The notes under the pieces were generated by a model. That model was not told where the DNA came from and did not search any database. It saw only the letters and a list, made by a program, of their open reading frames with translations. Below are positions 1 to 8,746 of a stretch of 64,000 nt of DNA, piece after piece. The stretch lies in the NCBI GenBank assembly GCA_963726615.1, contig CAVSCX010000006.1, positions 67,343 through 131,342 of the forward strand, read 5' to 3'. Both the position numbers and the translations under genes were made by a program. The number at the start of each line of letters is the position of its first letter. Within the stretch, counting starts at the first letter, position 1. This stretch comes from an uncultured Actinomycetota bacterium (GTDB taxonomy: Bacteria > Actinomycetota > Actinomycetes > JACCUZ01).

Positions 1-515
1 GCGACGGCGTGCTCACCAGCGCCGGGACGGCCGCGGGCATGGATGCCGCGCTCTACCTGGTGCGCCAGGAGTTCGGCGAGCGGGTGGCCAACCGCCTTGC
101 CCGGCGGATGGTGATGCCGCCGCACCGCGAGGGCGGACAGCGGCAGTACGTCGACCGCCCGGTCCCGGTCGAGGTCGACACGCTCGGCGCCGTGCTCGAC
201 TGGATGCTCGACCACCTCGACCACGAGGTCTCGGTCGACGACCTGGCCCGGCGGGCGCGACTGTCGCCGCGCACCTTCGCCCGCCGGTTCCGGGCCGAGA
301 CGGGCACCACGCCGCACCACTGGCTGACCGGACAGCGGGTGCTCGCCGCCCAGCACCTGCTGGAGGAGACCGACCGCCCGGTCGAGACCGTCGCGGACCA
401 GGTGGGCTTCGGCAGCGCCGCAGTCCTCCGGCACCACTTCAGCCGGCGGGTCGGCACCACGCCCCAGAGCTACCGGCGCACGTTCCGGGGGAACCGGGTG
501 GCCCGGACGGCGTAG
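1..515 (+). CDS. AraC/XylS-family transcriptional regulator, C-terminal HTH portion (GlxA-like). The 5' end lies outside the window.
   Basis: The ORF runs to a stop at 515. The translation carries the double helix-turn-helix AraC signature (LARRARLSPRTFARRF...VADQVGFGSAAVLRHHFSRRVGTTPQSYRR). Confidence 0.7.
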   Translation, partial: DGVLTSAGTAAGMDAALYLVRQEFGERVANRLARRMVMPPHREGGQRQYVDRPVPVEVDTLGAVLDWMLDHLDHEVSVDDLARRARLSPRTFARRFRAETGTTPHHWLTGQRVLAAQHLLEETDRPVETVADQVGFGSAAVLRHHFSRRVGTTPQSYRRTFRGNRVARTA

Positions 516-524
516 CAGCGGCCG

Positions 525-2162
525 CTAGTGCACCACCTCGGGCAGGTCGCGCAGGCGGGGGTCGCCCTGGTCGGCGAAGTACTCGTCCGGCTTGGTGGCG
601 TCCACGCCGTCGGCCGCGCCGGCCGCGCGGAATGCCACGGTGGCCAGCACGGCCACCACGATGTTCGCGAGCAGCGCGAGGAAGCCGGCGTAGATCGACC
701 AGGTGGTGTCCAGCCCGAGCTCCGAGAGCGGGAAACCGGAGCCGCCGAAGTGCTCCTTGGCGATGGTGACGGTGCCGTCGGCGTTGAACACCTTCTGCTG
801 GATCTGGAAGGTGGTCCAGAACCCGACCGCCATGCCCGCCGCCCAGCCGGCGACCAGGCCCCAGCGGTGGAACCAGCTGGTGTACAGGCCCAACGCCACG
901 GCGGGGAGGGTCTGCAGGATGATGACGCCGCCCAGCAGCTGCAGGTCGATCGAGAACTGTGGGTCGAGCGCGATGATCGCGACCAGCGCACCCACCTTGA
1001 CGACGAGGGAGGCGAGCTTGCTGCTGCGCGCCTCCTCCTTCGGGGTCGCGTCCTTGTTGATGTACTCGACGTAGATGTTGCGCGTCCACAGGTTCGCTGC
1101 AGCGATGGACATGATCGCGGCGGGGACCAGGGCACCGATGCCGATCGCGGCGAAGGCGACGCCGGCGAACCAGCTGGGGAACATGTTGTCGAACAGCAGC
1201 GGCACGATGGTGTTGGCGTCGGCCTTGCCGGCGTCGTTCGTGACGGGGGTGATGCCGGCCGCGATCGCCATGTAGCCGAGCAGCGCGAGCAGGCCGAGGA
1301 TGAAGCTGTAGGCCGGCAGTGCCGCCATGTTGCGCTTGATGACGTTGCGATCGCGCGACGCCAGGACGGCGGTCACCGAGTGCGGGTAGAGGAACAGCGC
1401 CAGCGCGGACCCGAAGGCGAGCGTGGCGTACTGCAGCTGCGCGGGTCCGGCGAGGACCACGCCGTCGCCCGGGTTCGGCGACTCGGCGAACTTCTTCTCG
1501 GCCGCACCGAAGATGACGTCCCAGCCGCCGAGCTTGTAGGGGATCACGATGACGGCGACGATGATCACGACGTAGATCAGCGTGTCCTTGACGAACGCGA
1601 TGAGCGCCGGGGCGCGCAGGCCCGAGCTGTAGGTGTACGCCGCGAGGATGCCGAACGCCACGATGATCGGCAGATGGCCGGTGACGCCCATGGCCTTGAG
1701 CACCGCCTCGATGCCCACCAGCTGGAGCGCGATGTAGGGCATCGTCGCGACGATCCCGGTGACGGCGACGAGCAGGGCCAGCGTCGAGGACCCGTGCCGG
1801 GCCCGGACGAAGTCCGCCGGTGTGACGAAGCCGTGGACGTGCGACACCGACCAGAGCCGGATAAGGACGAGGAACACGATCGGGTAGACCACGATCGTGT
1901 AGGGCACCGCGAAGAAGCCGATCGCGCCCGCGCCGAACACGAGGGCCGGCACAGCGACGAAGGTGTACGCCGTGTAGAGGTCGCCGCCGAGCAGGAACCA
2001 GGTGATCCAGGCGCCGAAGTTGCGGCCGCCGAGCCCCCACTCGTCGAGGTGCTCGAGGTCGTCGGCGCGACGCCACCGGGCTGCCACGAACCCGAGGGCG
2101 CTGACGGCGACGAACAGGATCACGAAGACCGTCAGCTCGACGGCGTTGACGTCCTTGAACAT
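525..2162 (-). CDS. Sodium:solute symporter family (SSS) transporter, likely an ActP/monocarboxylate type
   Basis: 545 aa with many hydrophobic helices and an SSS-like architecture. A small membrane protein is translationally coupled upstream (stop/start at 2162/2164). Confidence 0.75.
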   Translation of the reverse strand: MFKDVNAVELTVFVILFVAVSALGFVAARWRRADDLEHLDEWGLGGRNFGAWITWFLLGGDLYTAYTFVAVPALVFGAGAIGFFAVPYTIVVYPIVFLVLIRLWSVSHVHGFVTPADFVRARHGSSTLALLVAVTGIVATMPYIALQLVGIEAVLKAMGVTGHLPIIVAFGILAAYTYSSGLRAPALIAFVKDTLIYVVIIVAVIVIPYKLGGWDVIFGAAEKKFAESPNPGDGVVLAGPAQLQYATLAFGSALALFLYPHSVTAVLASRDRNVIKRNMAALPAYSFILGLLALLGYMAIAAGITPVTNDAGKADANTIVPLLFDNMFPSWFAGVAFAAIGIGALVPAAIMSIAAANLWTRNIYVEYINKDATPKEEARSSKLASLVVKVGALVAIIALDPQFSIDLQLLGGVIILQTLPAVALGLYTSWFHRWGLVAGWAAGMAVGFWTTFQIQQKVFNADGTVTIAKEHFGGSGFPLSELGLDTTWSIYAGFLALLANIVVAVLATVAFRAAGAADGVDATKPDEYFADQGDPRLRDLPEVVH

Positions 2163-2163
2163 G

Positions 2164-2424
2164 TCAGACCCTCGTCTTCCGGTAGACGACGAGGGTGACG
2201 GCGACGCTCACCAGGATCGCGGTCATCTGGTACCAGTAGAAGAACGGGATGTCGAGCAGGGTGGGGTCGATGCTGTTGTAGACCGGGGGGAACAGCGTGA
2301 TGACGAGAGGCAGGAGCAGCAGCCAGTTGACCGGGTGGTGGTCGGAGCGCTCAGCCTTCGCCGTCCCCCCACCTCCGGGGCCACGCGGTCTGTCGTCGGG
2401 ACGGTCGGGCTCGTGGACGCTCAC
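2164..2424 (-). CDS. Small membrane protein (DUF485/DUF3311-like) that accompanies SSS symporters
   Basis: 86 aa with two predicted TM helices (LLLLPLVITLF..., YQMTAILVSVAVTLVVY). It sits immediately upstream of the symporter and its stop is 1 bp from the symporter start. Confidence 0.55.
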   Translation of the reverse strand: MSVHEPDRPDDRPRGPGGGGTAKAERSDHHPVNWLLLLPLVITLFPPVYNSIDPTLLDIPFFYWYQMTAILVSVAVTLVVYRKTRV

Positions 2425-2522
2425 GCCGGGACCTCCTGGCCAGGGGATGGGTCGGCGGGAGGTTATCCCTTTTCAGCGGGATAGCAAACGTTTGGGATCC
2501 CCGGCGCCGCGGGAGCGGTGCG

Positions 2523-3510
2523 TCAGAGGGTCTGCGACAGGGCCTTGACCGGCATGCCCAGGTCGCCCAGCAGGGCGAGGTCGTCCTCGGGGCTGCGACC
2601 CAGCGTGGTCAGGTAGTTGCCCACGATCACCGCGTTGATGCCGCCGAGCATGCCGTCGCGGGTGCCGAGGTCGCCGAGGGTGATCTCGCGGCCGCCGGCG
2701 TACCGCAGGATCGTGCGTGGCAGTGCCAGCCGGAAGGCGGCGATGGTGCGCAGCGCGTCCGGGCCGGACATCACCGGCAGGTCGCCGAACGGGGTGCCGG
2801 GGCGGGGGTTGAGGAAGTTCAGTGGGACCTCGTCCGGCTCCAGCTCGGCGAGCTGCCCCGCGAGCTCGGCCCGCTGCTCCAGCGACTCGCCCATGCCGAC
2901 GATGCCGCCGCAGCACACCTCCATGCCGGCGTCACGGACCATCGTCAGCGTCTGCCAGCGCTCCTCCCAGGTGTGCGTCGTGACGACGTGGGGGAAGTAG
3001 GAGCGGGCCGTCTCCAGGTTGTGGTTGTACCGGTGGATGCCCATGTCGGCGAGGTCGTCGACCTGCTCCTGCGTGAGCATCCCGAGCGACGCGGCGACGT
3101 GGATGTCGACCGCGGCGCGGATGGCCGCAACCCCCTCGCGCATCTGCGCCATCAGCCGGTCGTCCGGGCCGCGGACGGCCGCGACGATGCAGAACTCGGT
3201 CGCGCCGGTGGCGGCCGTCTCCACGGCCGCGCGCACCAGGGACGGGACGTCAAGCCACGCGGCCCGCACCGGCGAGGGGAACAGGCCCGACTGGGAGCAG
3301 AAGTGGCAGTCCTCCGGGCAGCCGCCGGTCTTGACCGAGACGATGCCCTCGACCTCGACCTCCGGGCCGCACCAGCGCAGCCGCACCTCGTGCGCGAGCT
3401 GCAGCAGGTCCGCGAGCACCTCGTCGGGCAGCCGGAGCACGGCGAGGACCTGTGATTCGTCGAGGCCGCGACCTGCCTCGAGCACCTGGTGTCGGGCGGC
3501 GCTCAGCACG
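2523..3510 (-). CDS. bioB: Biotin synthase
   Basis: Radical-SAM CxxxCxxC motif ([13 protein letters not shown]) and a BioB-like N-terminus ([16 protein letters not shown]...). I chose the GTG at 3510 as the start, because the 418-aa ORF-track call carries a low-complexity N-extension that overlaps bioD. Confidence 0.85.
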
Positions 3511-3540
3511 GCTGACGTCGGGCGCGGTGCGGTGGACCTG

Positions 3541-4257
3541 TCAGTCGGCGGCGGCACGCCGGAAGTCTGCCGCATCGAAGGTGCCGCCCAGGGCGGGGGC
3601 CAGGCCGTCCCGTGCTGCGAGCAGGAACTCGGGCGCGTCCCACGCCCCCACGCCGGCGCGCAGTGCTCCTGCCAGCGGCCGGCCCGCCAGCGTCTCCAGG
3701 TCGCGGACGTTGCTGCGGCAGGCCAGGTCCGGGGAGTCGGGCCAGGCCCCGATGACGAGACCGGCGAAACGCAGCCCACGGTGCGCCATCGCCTCGAGCG
3801 TCAGGGCGGTGTGGTTGAGCGTGCCGAGCGCCGGGCCGACCACGAGCAGCACGTCGGCGGCCAGGTGGCGGGCCAGGTCCGCGACGGTGGCACCCTCCTC
3901 GTCGTAGCGGACCAGCAGACCGCCGGCTCCCTCGACCAGGACGAGGTCGCGGTCTTCCGTCAGCACCCGGATCCTGTCCGCGCTGTCGCGAAGGTCCACG
4001 GCCGGCCGGCCGGCCCGTCGGGCGGCGGCCGCGGGGGAGAGCGGGTCGGGGAAGCGCGCGTGCTCGTGCAGGTCGGTGACCCCGGCCAGCCGACGGACGA
4101 CGGCCAGGTCGCCGGGGCCGTCCGGCTGCTCACCGGTCTGCCCGGGCTTGACGACGGCGACCCGGGCACCGCGGGTCGCGGCGAGCGCTGCGACGGCGGC
4201 CAGTGACCACCGTCTTCCCGACCCCGTGCCGGTGCCGGTGACGACCAGGACGCTCAC
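3541..4257 (-). CDS. bioD: Dethiobiotin synthetase
   Basis: N-terminal [12 protein letters not shown]... P-loop-like start and overall BioD similarity. GTG start at 4257. It lies directly upstream of bioB. Confidence 0.75.
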   Translation of the reverse strand: MSVLVVTGTGTGSGRRWSLAAVAALAATRGARVAVVKPGQTGEQPDGPGDLAVVRRLAGVTDLHEHARFPDPLSPAAAARRAGRPAVDLRDSADRIRVLTEDRDLVLVEGAGGLLVRYDEEGATVADLARHLAADVLLVVGPALGTLNHTALTLEAMAHRGLRFAGLVIGAWPDSPDLACRSNVRDLETLAGRPLAGALRAGVGAWDAPEFLLAARDGLAPALGGTFDAADFRRAAAD

Positions 4258-4476
4258 GGGCCCCGACCCTAGGGCCCCGGGCCTGGCAACCGCCGGGCGT
4301 GGTCCGGCTCCTCGGGCCGAGTGGTGGGGACTAGACAGAAGTGACGATGACGGGTGGCTCCGGCGAGAGCATGGTTGTCGCGAGGACGGTGCGCGCCCGG
4401 GCCGAGGGGGGCCTTCGGGGCCGGGCACGCACCGCCCCCGAGCGCGGCGGCGGTGCCGCCCCGCTGCGTCGGCCGG

Positions 4477-4923
4477 TCAGGCCTGCTTGGTTTCCCAGAA
4501 GATCTTGTCGATCTCTGCGATCTTGTCGAGGAGCTCCTGCGCCTTGCCCGCGTCCATCGAGCCCTTGGCGCCGGACGCGCCGGCCAGCTTGGTGGCCTGG
4601 TTGAAGAGCTGGTGCAGCTCGGGGTACTTCTCGAAGTGCGGGGGCTTGAAGTAGTCGGTCCACAGCACCCACAGGTGGTGCTTGACGAGCTCGGCCCGCT
4701 GCTCCTTGATGAGGATCGCGCGGGCTCGGAAGTCCGCGTCGTCGTTCTCGCCGACCTTCTGGATGATCATCTTGACCGACTCGGCCTCGATGCGGGCCTG
4801 CGCCGGGTCGTAGACCCCGCACGGCAGGTCGCAGTGCGCACGGACGACGGTCTTCGGGGTGAACAGACGCGACAGCACTGGTTCGGTCCCTTCGTTTCGT
4901 TCAGCTGGATCTCTGTCGGACAC
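4477..4923 (-). CDS. sodN: Nickel-containing superoxide dismutase precursor
   Basis: The Ni-hook motif HCDLPCGVYDP follows a 31-aa N-terminal leader (MSDRD...TVVRA). It is paired divergently with the SodX peptidase gene. Confidence 0.9.
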   Translation of the reverse strand: MSDRDPAERNEGTEPVLSRLFTPKTVVRAHCDLPCGVYDPAQARIEAESVKMIIQKVGENDDADFRARAILIKEQRAELVKHHLWVLWTDYFKPPHFEKYPELHQLFNQATKLAGASGAKGSMDAGKAQELLDKIAEIDKIFWETKQA

Positions 4924-4990
4924 TACTCCCGGGACGTACCCGTCACCGGGGGCGCTACCCGTTGCTGTCGTCCGGGGTGAGGAGGGTCAC

Positions 4991-5299
4991 GTGCGCAGCT
5001 CCGGGCTGGGGCGGGTCGTCGTCCGTGGCCGGTCCATGCAGCCGACGCTGTTCGACGGCGACCACCTGCTCGTGCACTGGGGCGGACGTGCACGGCCGGG
5101 CCGGCTGGTGGTGGTCCGGTGGCCCGGCCGGCCCGTGTCCGTCAAGCGTGCCGGTGTCCTCGCTGCCGACGGGTGGTGGGTCGAGCGGGACAACCCGGCC
5201 GAGGGTGTCGACTCGTGGCAGGCCGGCCCGGTCCAGCCGGCCGACGTCCTCGGCGTCGTCCTGCTCCGCCTCTGGCCGCCGCGCCCGGGACCGCGGTGA
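4991..5299 (+). CDS. sodX: Ni-SOD maturation peptidase (S26 signal-peptidase-like)
   Basis: Its translation follows the sodX-type start (VRSSGLGRVVVRGRSMQPTLFDGDHLLV...). GTG at 4991 is preceded by GGAGGG. It is divergent from sodN. Confidence 0.7.
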   Translation: MRSSGLGRVVVRGRSMQPTLFDGDHLLVHWGGRARPGRLVVVRWPGRPVSVKRAGVLAADGWWVERDNPAEGVDSWQAGPVQPADVLGVVLLRLWPPRPGPR

Positions 5300-5344
5300 C
5301 CCTGCAGGAGCACCCCCGCAAGCGCGGGGGAGAAACCTTCATGA

Positions 5345-6010
5345 TCACGAGCTGGGACCGGACGCCCGCACCCGCTCGGCGACCGACACGGCCGCGCCGC
5401 GCAGGTGCCGCTCGAGCTCGGTGAGGGCGGCGACCTCGTCGCCGGCGCGCATCAGCGTGAGCAGCCGCCGGTGGTCGGCCACCTGGGTCCGGGCGTTGCG
5501 CCGGGCCCGCTCCACCGACGCCAGGGCGAGCCGCAGGTCGCCGGTCAGGGTGTCGGCCTGGGCCACCAGCCGGGAGTTGCCGAGCAGGGCGACCAGCGTG
5601 GTGTGGAACACCAGATGGGCGTGGGTCTGCTCCACCGGGTCGTCGGCGCCGACCGCCGCGGCGTACCTCGTCAGCGCGGCCGTGACCGGGGCAAGGTCCA
5701 CCCCGGCACAACCGGCCCGGACGCCGGCCGACTCGAGCACGGACCGGGCCTCGAATATCTCGGCGATGTCGCGCTCGGTGAGCTCGGTGACCACGACTCC
5801 ACGGTTGGGGTAGCGCGTCACCAGCCCCTCCCCGGCCAGCACCTGGAGGGCCTCGCGCACGGTCGAGCGCGCCACCGCGAACCCGTCAGCCAGGCCCACC
5901 TCGCGAAGCGGCTCGCCGGGGGAGAGCTCGCCGGAGAACAACATCTCGCGCAGCGCACCGGCCACCCGGTCGGTGGTGCTCGACCGGTCGATGGCAGGCA
6001 GCTCGACCAC
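5345..6010 (-). CDS. GntR-family transcriptional regulator (FadR/FCD subtype)
   Basis: N-terminal winged HTH (ARSTVREALQVLAGEGLVTRYPNRGVVV) with a C-terminal FCD-like all-helical domain. I chose the GTG at 6010 as the start. Tandem palindromes lie just upstream. Confidence 0.75.
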   Translation of the reverse strand: MVELPAIDRSSTTDRVAGALREMLFSGELSPGEPLREVGLADGFAVARSTVREALQVLAGEGLVTRYPNRGVVVTELTERDIAEIFEARSVLESAGVRAGCAGVDLAPVTAALTRYAAAVGADDPVEQTHAHLVFHTTLVALLGNSRLVAQADTLTGDLRLALASVERARRNARTQVADHRRLLTLMRAGDEVAALTELERHLRGAAVSVAERVRASGPSS

Positions 6011-6047
6011 TGCTTGACAGTAACGCAGGATCGGCCTCACACTCCGG

Positions 6048-6072
6048 TTGTCGGACAAAAGTTGTCAGACAA
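6048..6072. promoter_or_regulatory. Two tandem GntR-type palindromic operators (TTGTCGGACAA and TTGTCAGACAA) between the GntR gene and the amidinotransferase-family gene
   Basis: Perfect 11-bp palindromes at 6048-6058 and 6062-6072 match the FadR-subfamily half-site pattern T.GT...AC.A. They sit in the divergent intergenic region. Confidence 0.6.
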
Positions 6073-6103
6073 TCCGTCAACCAGACGAGTAGCGGGAGTG
6101 GCC

Positions 6104-7006
6104 ATGACCGAGATCCGTCCGCTGTCCTGGGGCCGCCGCTACCTGATGTGCCGCCCGGAGCACTTCCGGGTCGACTACGCGATCAACCCGTGGATGGACG
6201 TCGACTCCCCGGTCGACCCCGACCGGGCCCTGGCGCAGTGGGACAACCTGGTCGCGACGCTGCGGTCCGCTGGCGCCGAGGTCGAGCAGATCGCCCAGCT
6301 GCCCGAGGCGCCGGACATGGTCTACGCCATGAACTACGGGCTCGTCGACGGCGACCACGTGGCGATCACCAGCTTCCGGCACGACGAGCGGCGCCCCGAG
6401 CAGACGGCCGCCGAGTGGTGGTTCGCCGAGGCCGGCCTGCGGACCACCCGGCTCGCCGACTCGGGCGCCGGCGCGTTCGAGGCGGGCGACGCGTTCCTCT
6501 ACGGCGACTCGCTGCTGGTGGCTGCCGGTCCGCGCACCGACAGGGCGACGCACGCCGTGCTGGCCCGCGAGCTCGGGGTGCGCGTGGCGACGGTCCCAGT
6601 CGTGCACCCGGCTCTGTACCACCTGGACCTCAGCTTCTGCCCGCTGGACGAGACCCGGGCGATCGTGGCCCCGTCCGCGTGGGACGCGGCCGGTCGGCGC
6701 ACGGTCGCCGGCCTCGTGCCGCAGCCGCTGGTGATCGACGAGTCCGAGGCGTTCACCTTCTGCGCGAACTCGGTTGTCGTGGGCGGCGTCGTGGTCATGC
6801 CGGCCGGCGTGCCGGCCCGGGTGGCACGTCAGATAGAGGTCTGGGGCTTCACCGTGACGACAGTCGACGTCTCCGAGCTGCACAAGGGCGGCGGGTCGAT
6901 CCGCTGCATGACGCTCCCGCTCGACACCAGCCTGGACGCCGCCCGTCAGGACCTCGACGTCGCGGTGCAGCGCCTCGCCGGCGAGGAGGAGCCGGCGCTG
7001 GTGTGA
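6104..7006 (+). CDS. Amidinotransferase-superfamily hydrolase (dimethylarginine dimethylaminohydrolase / arginine-deiminase-like)
   Basis: 300 aa. The C-terminal ...HKGGGSIRCMTLPL matches the catalytic Cys region of DDAH/ADI-type enzymes, and a HLD..F motif is present. The ATG is at 6104, so the longer 533-aa ORF in the track is an upstream extension. Confidence 0.65.
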   Translation: MTEIRPLSWGRRYLMCRPEHFRVDYAINPWMDVDSPVDPDRALAQWDNLVATLRSAGAEVEQIAQLPEAPDMVYAMNYGLVDGDHVAITSFRHDERRPEQTAAEWWFAEAGLRTTRLADSGAGAFEAGDAFLYGDSLLVAAGPRTDRATHAVLARELGVRVATVPVVHPALYHLDLSFCPLDETRAIVAPSAWDAAGRRTVAGLVPQPLVIDESEAFTFCANSVVVGGVVVMPAGVPARVARQIEVWGFTVTTVDVSELHKGGGSIRCMTLPLDTSLDAARQDLDVAVQRLAGEEEPALV

Positions 7007-7172
7007 CCGCTGCGCGGACCGGTGGGCGACCGGCCGGCTGCACGGCCCCGGTGGTCGCCCCGAGGCGGGTGTGCGAGACTGCCCGCCTCGGGCAACCCCC
7101 GCACCGCGAGCACCGCTGGGACGCACACCCGCTCCCTGCGACGCCTCCTCGTCGATGTGAGAGGGATGCCCG

Positions 7173-8378
7173 ATGGGGCTGCAGGAGACCGGAGTGCCCA
7201 TGTCCGCGCCGAGCCGTCCGTACGACGAGTCCGACCCGGTCTTCGCTCTGCACCGGGGCGGCAAGCTGGAGACCGTGTCGACGGTCCCGCTGCGCGACCG
7301 CGACGACCTGTCGCTGGCCTACACGCCGGGGGTCGCCCGGGTGTGCTCCGCGATCGCGGAGGATCCCGACCTCGTGTACGACCTCACCTGGAAGTCGAAC
7401 GTGGTGGCTGTCGTGACCGATGGCAGCGCGGTGCTGGGGCTGGGTGACATCGGCCCGCGGGCAGCGCTGCCGGTCATGGAGGGCAAGGCCGTGCTGTTCA
7501 AGCAGTTCGGCGGCGTCGACGCCGTGCCCATCTGCCTGGACGCCTCCTCGGTCGAGGACATCGTCGACGCGGTGGTCCGGATCGCCCCTGGGTTCGGAGG
7601 CATCAACCTCGAGGACATCAGCGCCCCGCGCTGCTTCGAGATCGAGGAGCGGCTCAAGGGCCTGCTGGACATCCCCGTCTTCCACGACGACCAGCACGGC
7701 ACCGCGGTCGTCGTGCTCGCCGCACTGCGCAACGCCGCGCGGCTGACCGGCCGGACGCTGGGCGACCTGCGTGCCGTCGTGTCCGGCGCCGGAGCGGCGG
7801 GGGTGGCGGTGACGACGATCCTGCGCGAGGCGGGGATCGGGGAGATCGCCGTCACCGACAGGGGCGGGGTCCTGCACGGCGGGCGGGAGGACCTCACGTC
7901 GGTGAAGCGGCACCTTGCCGCGGTGACCAACGGCGCCGGCCGGACCGGCAGCCTCGTCGAGGCACTCTCCGGTGCCGACGTCTTCATCGGGGTGTCCGGC
8001 GGGACGGTGCCGGAGGAGGCGATCTCTGCCCTCGCCGACGACGCGATCGTCTTCGCGCTGGCCAACCCGGAGCCGGAGGTGCACCCCGACATCGCCGCCC
8101 GGCACGCCCGGATCGTGGCCACCGGACGCAGCGACTACCCCAACCAGATCAACAACGTGCTCGCCTTCCCCGGCATCTTCCGCGGTGCGCTCGACGTGCG
8201 AGCGAGTGCGGTGACCGAGGGCATGAAGCTGGCGGCGTCGGAGGCACTGGCAGATGTCGTGTCCGACGAGCTCGCCGAGGACCGGGTCGTGCCGAGCCCC
8301 TTCGACGAGCGGGTCGCCCCGGCGGTGGCGGCGGCAGTGTCCGCGGCCGCCCGGCGGGAAGGCGTCGCCCGGATCTGA
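7173..8378 (+). CDS. NAD(P)-dependent malic enzyme (short form)
   Basis: Strong malic-enzyme motifs (LSLAYTPGVARVC, VVTDGSAVLGLGDIGP, NPEPEV, NNVLAFPGIFRGALD). Confidence 0.85.
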   Translation: MGLQETGVPMSAPSRPYDESDPVFALHRGGKLETVSTVPLRDRDDLSLAYTPGVARVCSAIAEDPDLVYDLTWKSNVVAVVTDGSAVLGLGDIGPRAALPVMEGKAVLFKQFGGVDAVPICLDASSVEDIVDAVVRIAPGFGGINLEDISAPRCFEIEERLKGLLDIPVFHDDQHGTAVVVLAALRNAARLTGRTLGDLRAVVSGAGAAGVAVTTILREAGIGEIAVTDRGGVLHGGREDLTSVKRHLAAVTNGAGRTGSLVEALSGADVFIGVSGGTVPEEAISALADDAIVFALANPEPEVHPDIAARHARIVATGRSDYPNQINNVLAFPGIFRGALDVRASAVTEGMKLAASEALADVVSDELAEDRVVPSPFDERVAPAVAAAVSAAARREGVARI

Positions 8379-8412
8379 TCCCCCGGAGGGACAGGTGACC
8401 CGAGGTCGCCGG

Positions 8413-8541
8413 TCATCCCAGCGGGTGCGGCTGGGTGCGGAGGGTCAGGTGGGCCGGCTCGGGGCGCCGGCTGCGGCCGCGCAGGTCCTCGTGCACGGCG
8501 TCGTCCTGGCGGGTCCCGCGGCCTCGGCGTGGGGTGCGCAT
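8413..8541 (-). CDS. Hypothetical 42-aa arginine-rich small protein
   Basis: ATG at 8541 is preceded by GGAGAC. 38 of 41 codons have G/C in the third position. The conserved PadR-type inverted-repeat element lies about 30 bp upstream. I have no homology assignment for it. Confidence 0.35.
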   Translation of the reverse strand: MRTPRRGRGTRQDDAVHEDLRGRSRRPEPAHLTLRTQPHPLG

Positions 8542-8569
8542 CTCGGTCTCCCTGGTGGTAGTGCAAGGA

Positions 8570-8632
8570 CGCGATGTATCGCGACTGAGAACACGATACA
8601 TCGCGTGTGGCCCATGTCAAGATGTATCGCGA
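8570..8632. promoter_or_regulatory. Candidate PadR-type operator: CGCGATGTATCG-N12-CGATACATCGCG, plus a third partial half-site at 8621-8632
   Basis: 12-bp inverted-repeat arms with a 12-bp spacer. The same architecture, nearly the same sequence, recurs at 15854-15889 next to the DUF4097-PadR operon. Confidence 0.55.
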
Positions 8633-8746
8633 GTCTTTCGCGCCCGGCTGCGCCGGCGTCCCGACAGTGCGTCGTGGTCGCGCACCGGCAGCGACTCGCT
8701 GCCGGTGCCGTTCCCTCCGGCCGAGCCACCGGAAGGCGGCCGCGCG

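Noticed and set aside
528-2198. 556-aa ORF on the + strand, antisense to the SSS symporter
   Set aside because: Its composition is Asp/Glu/Arg/Gly-rich (GC-frame artefact) and it fully overlaps a well-supported membrane transporter on the opposite strand.
4430-4476. GC-rich imperfect hairpin downstream of sodN as a terminator
   Set aside because: The stem has a mismatch and no U-tract, so I am not confident enough to annotate it.
5405-6103. Upstream extension of the amidinotransferase ORF (the 533-aa version)
   Set aside because: The extension overlaps the GntR gene and the palindromic operators. Protein-like sequence with family motifs begins at the ATG at 6104.
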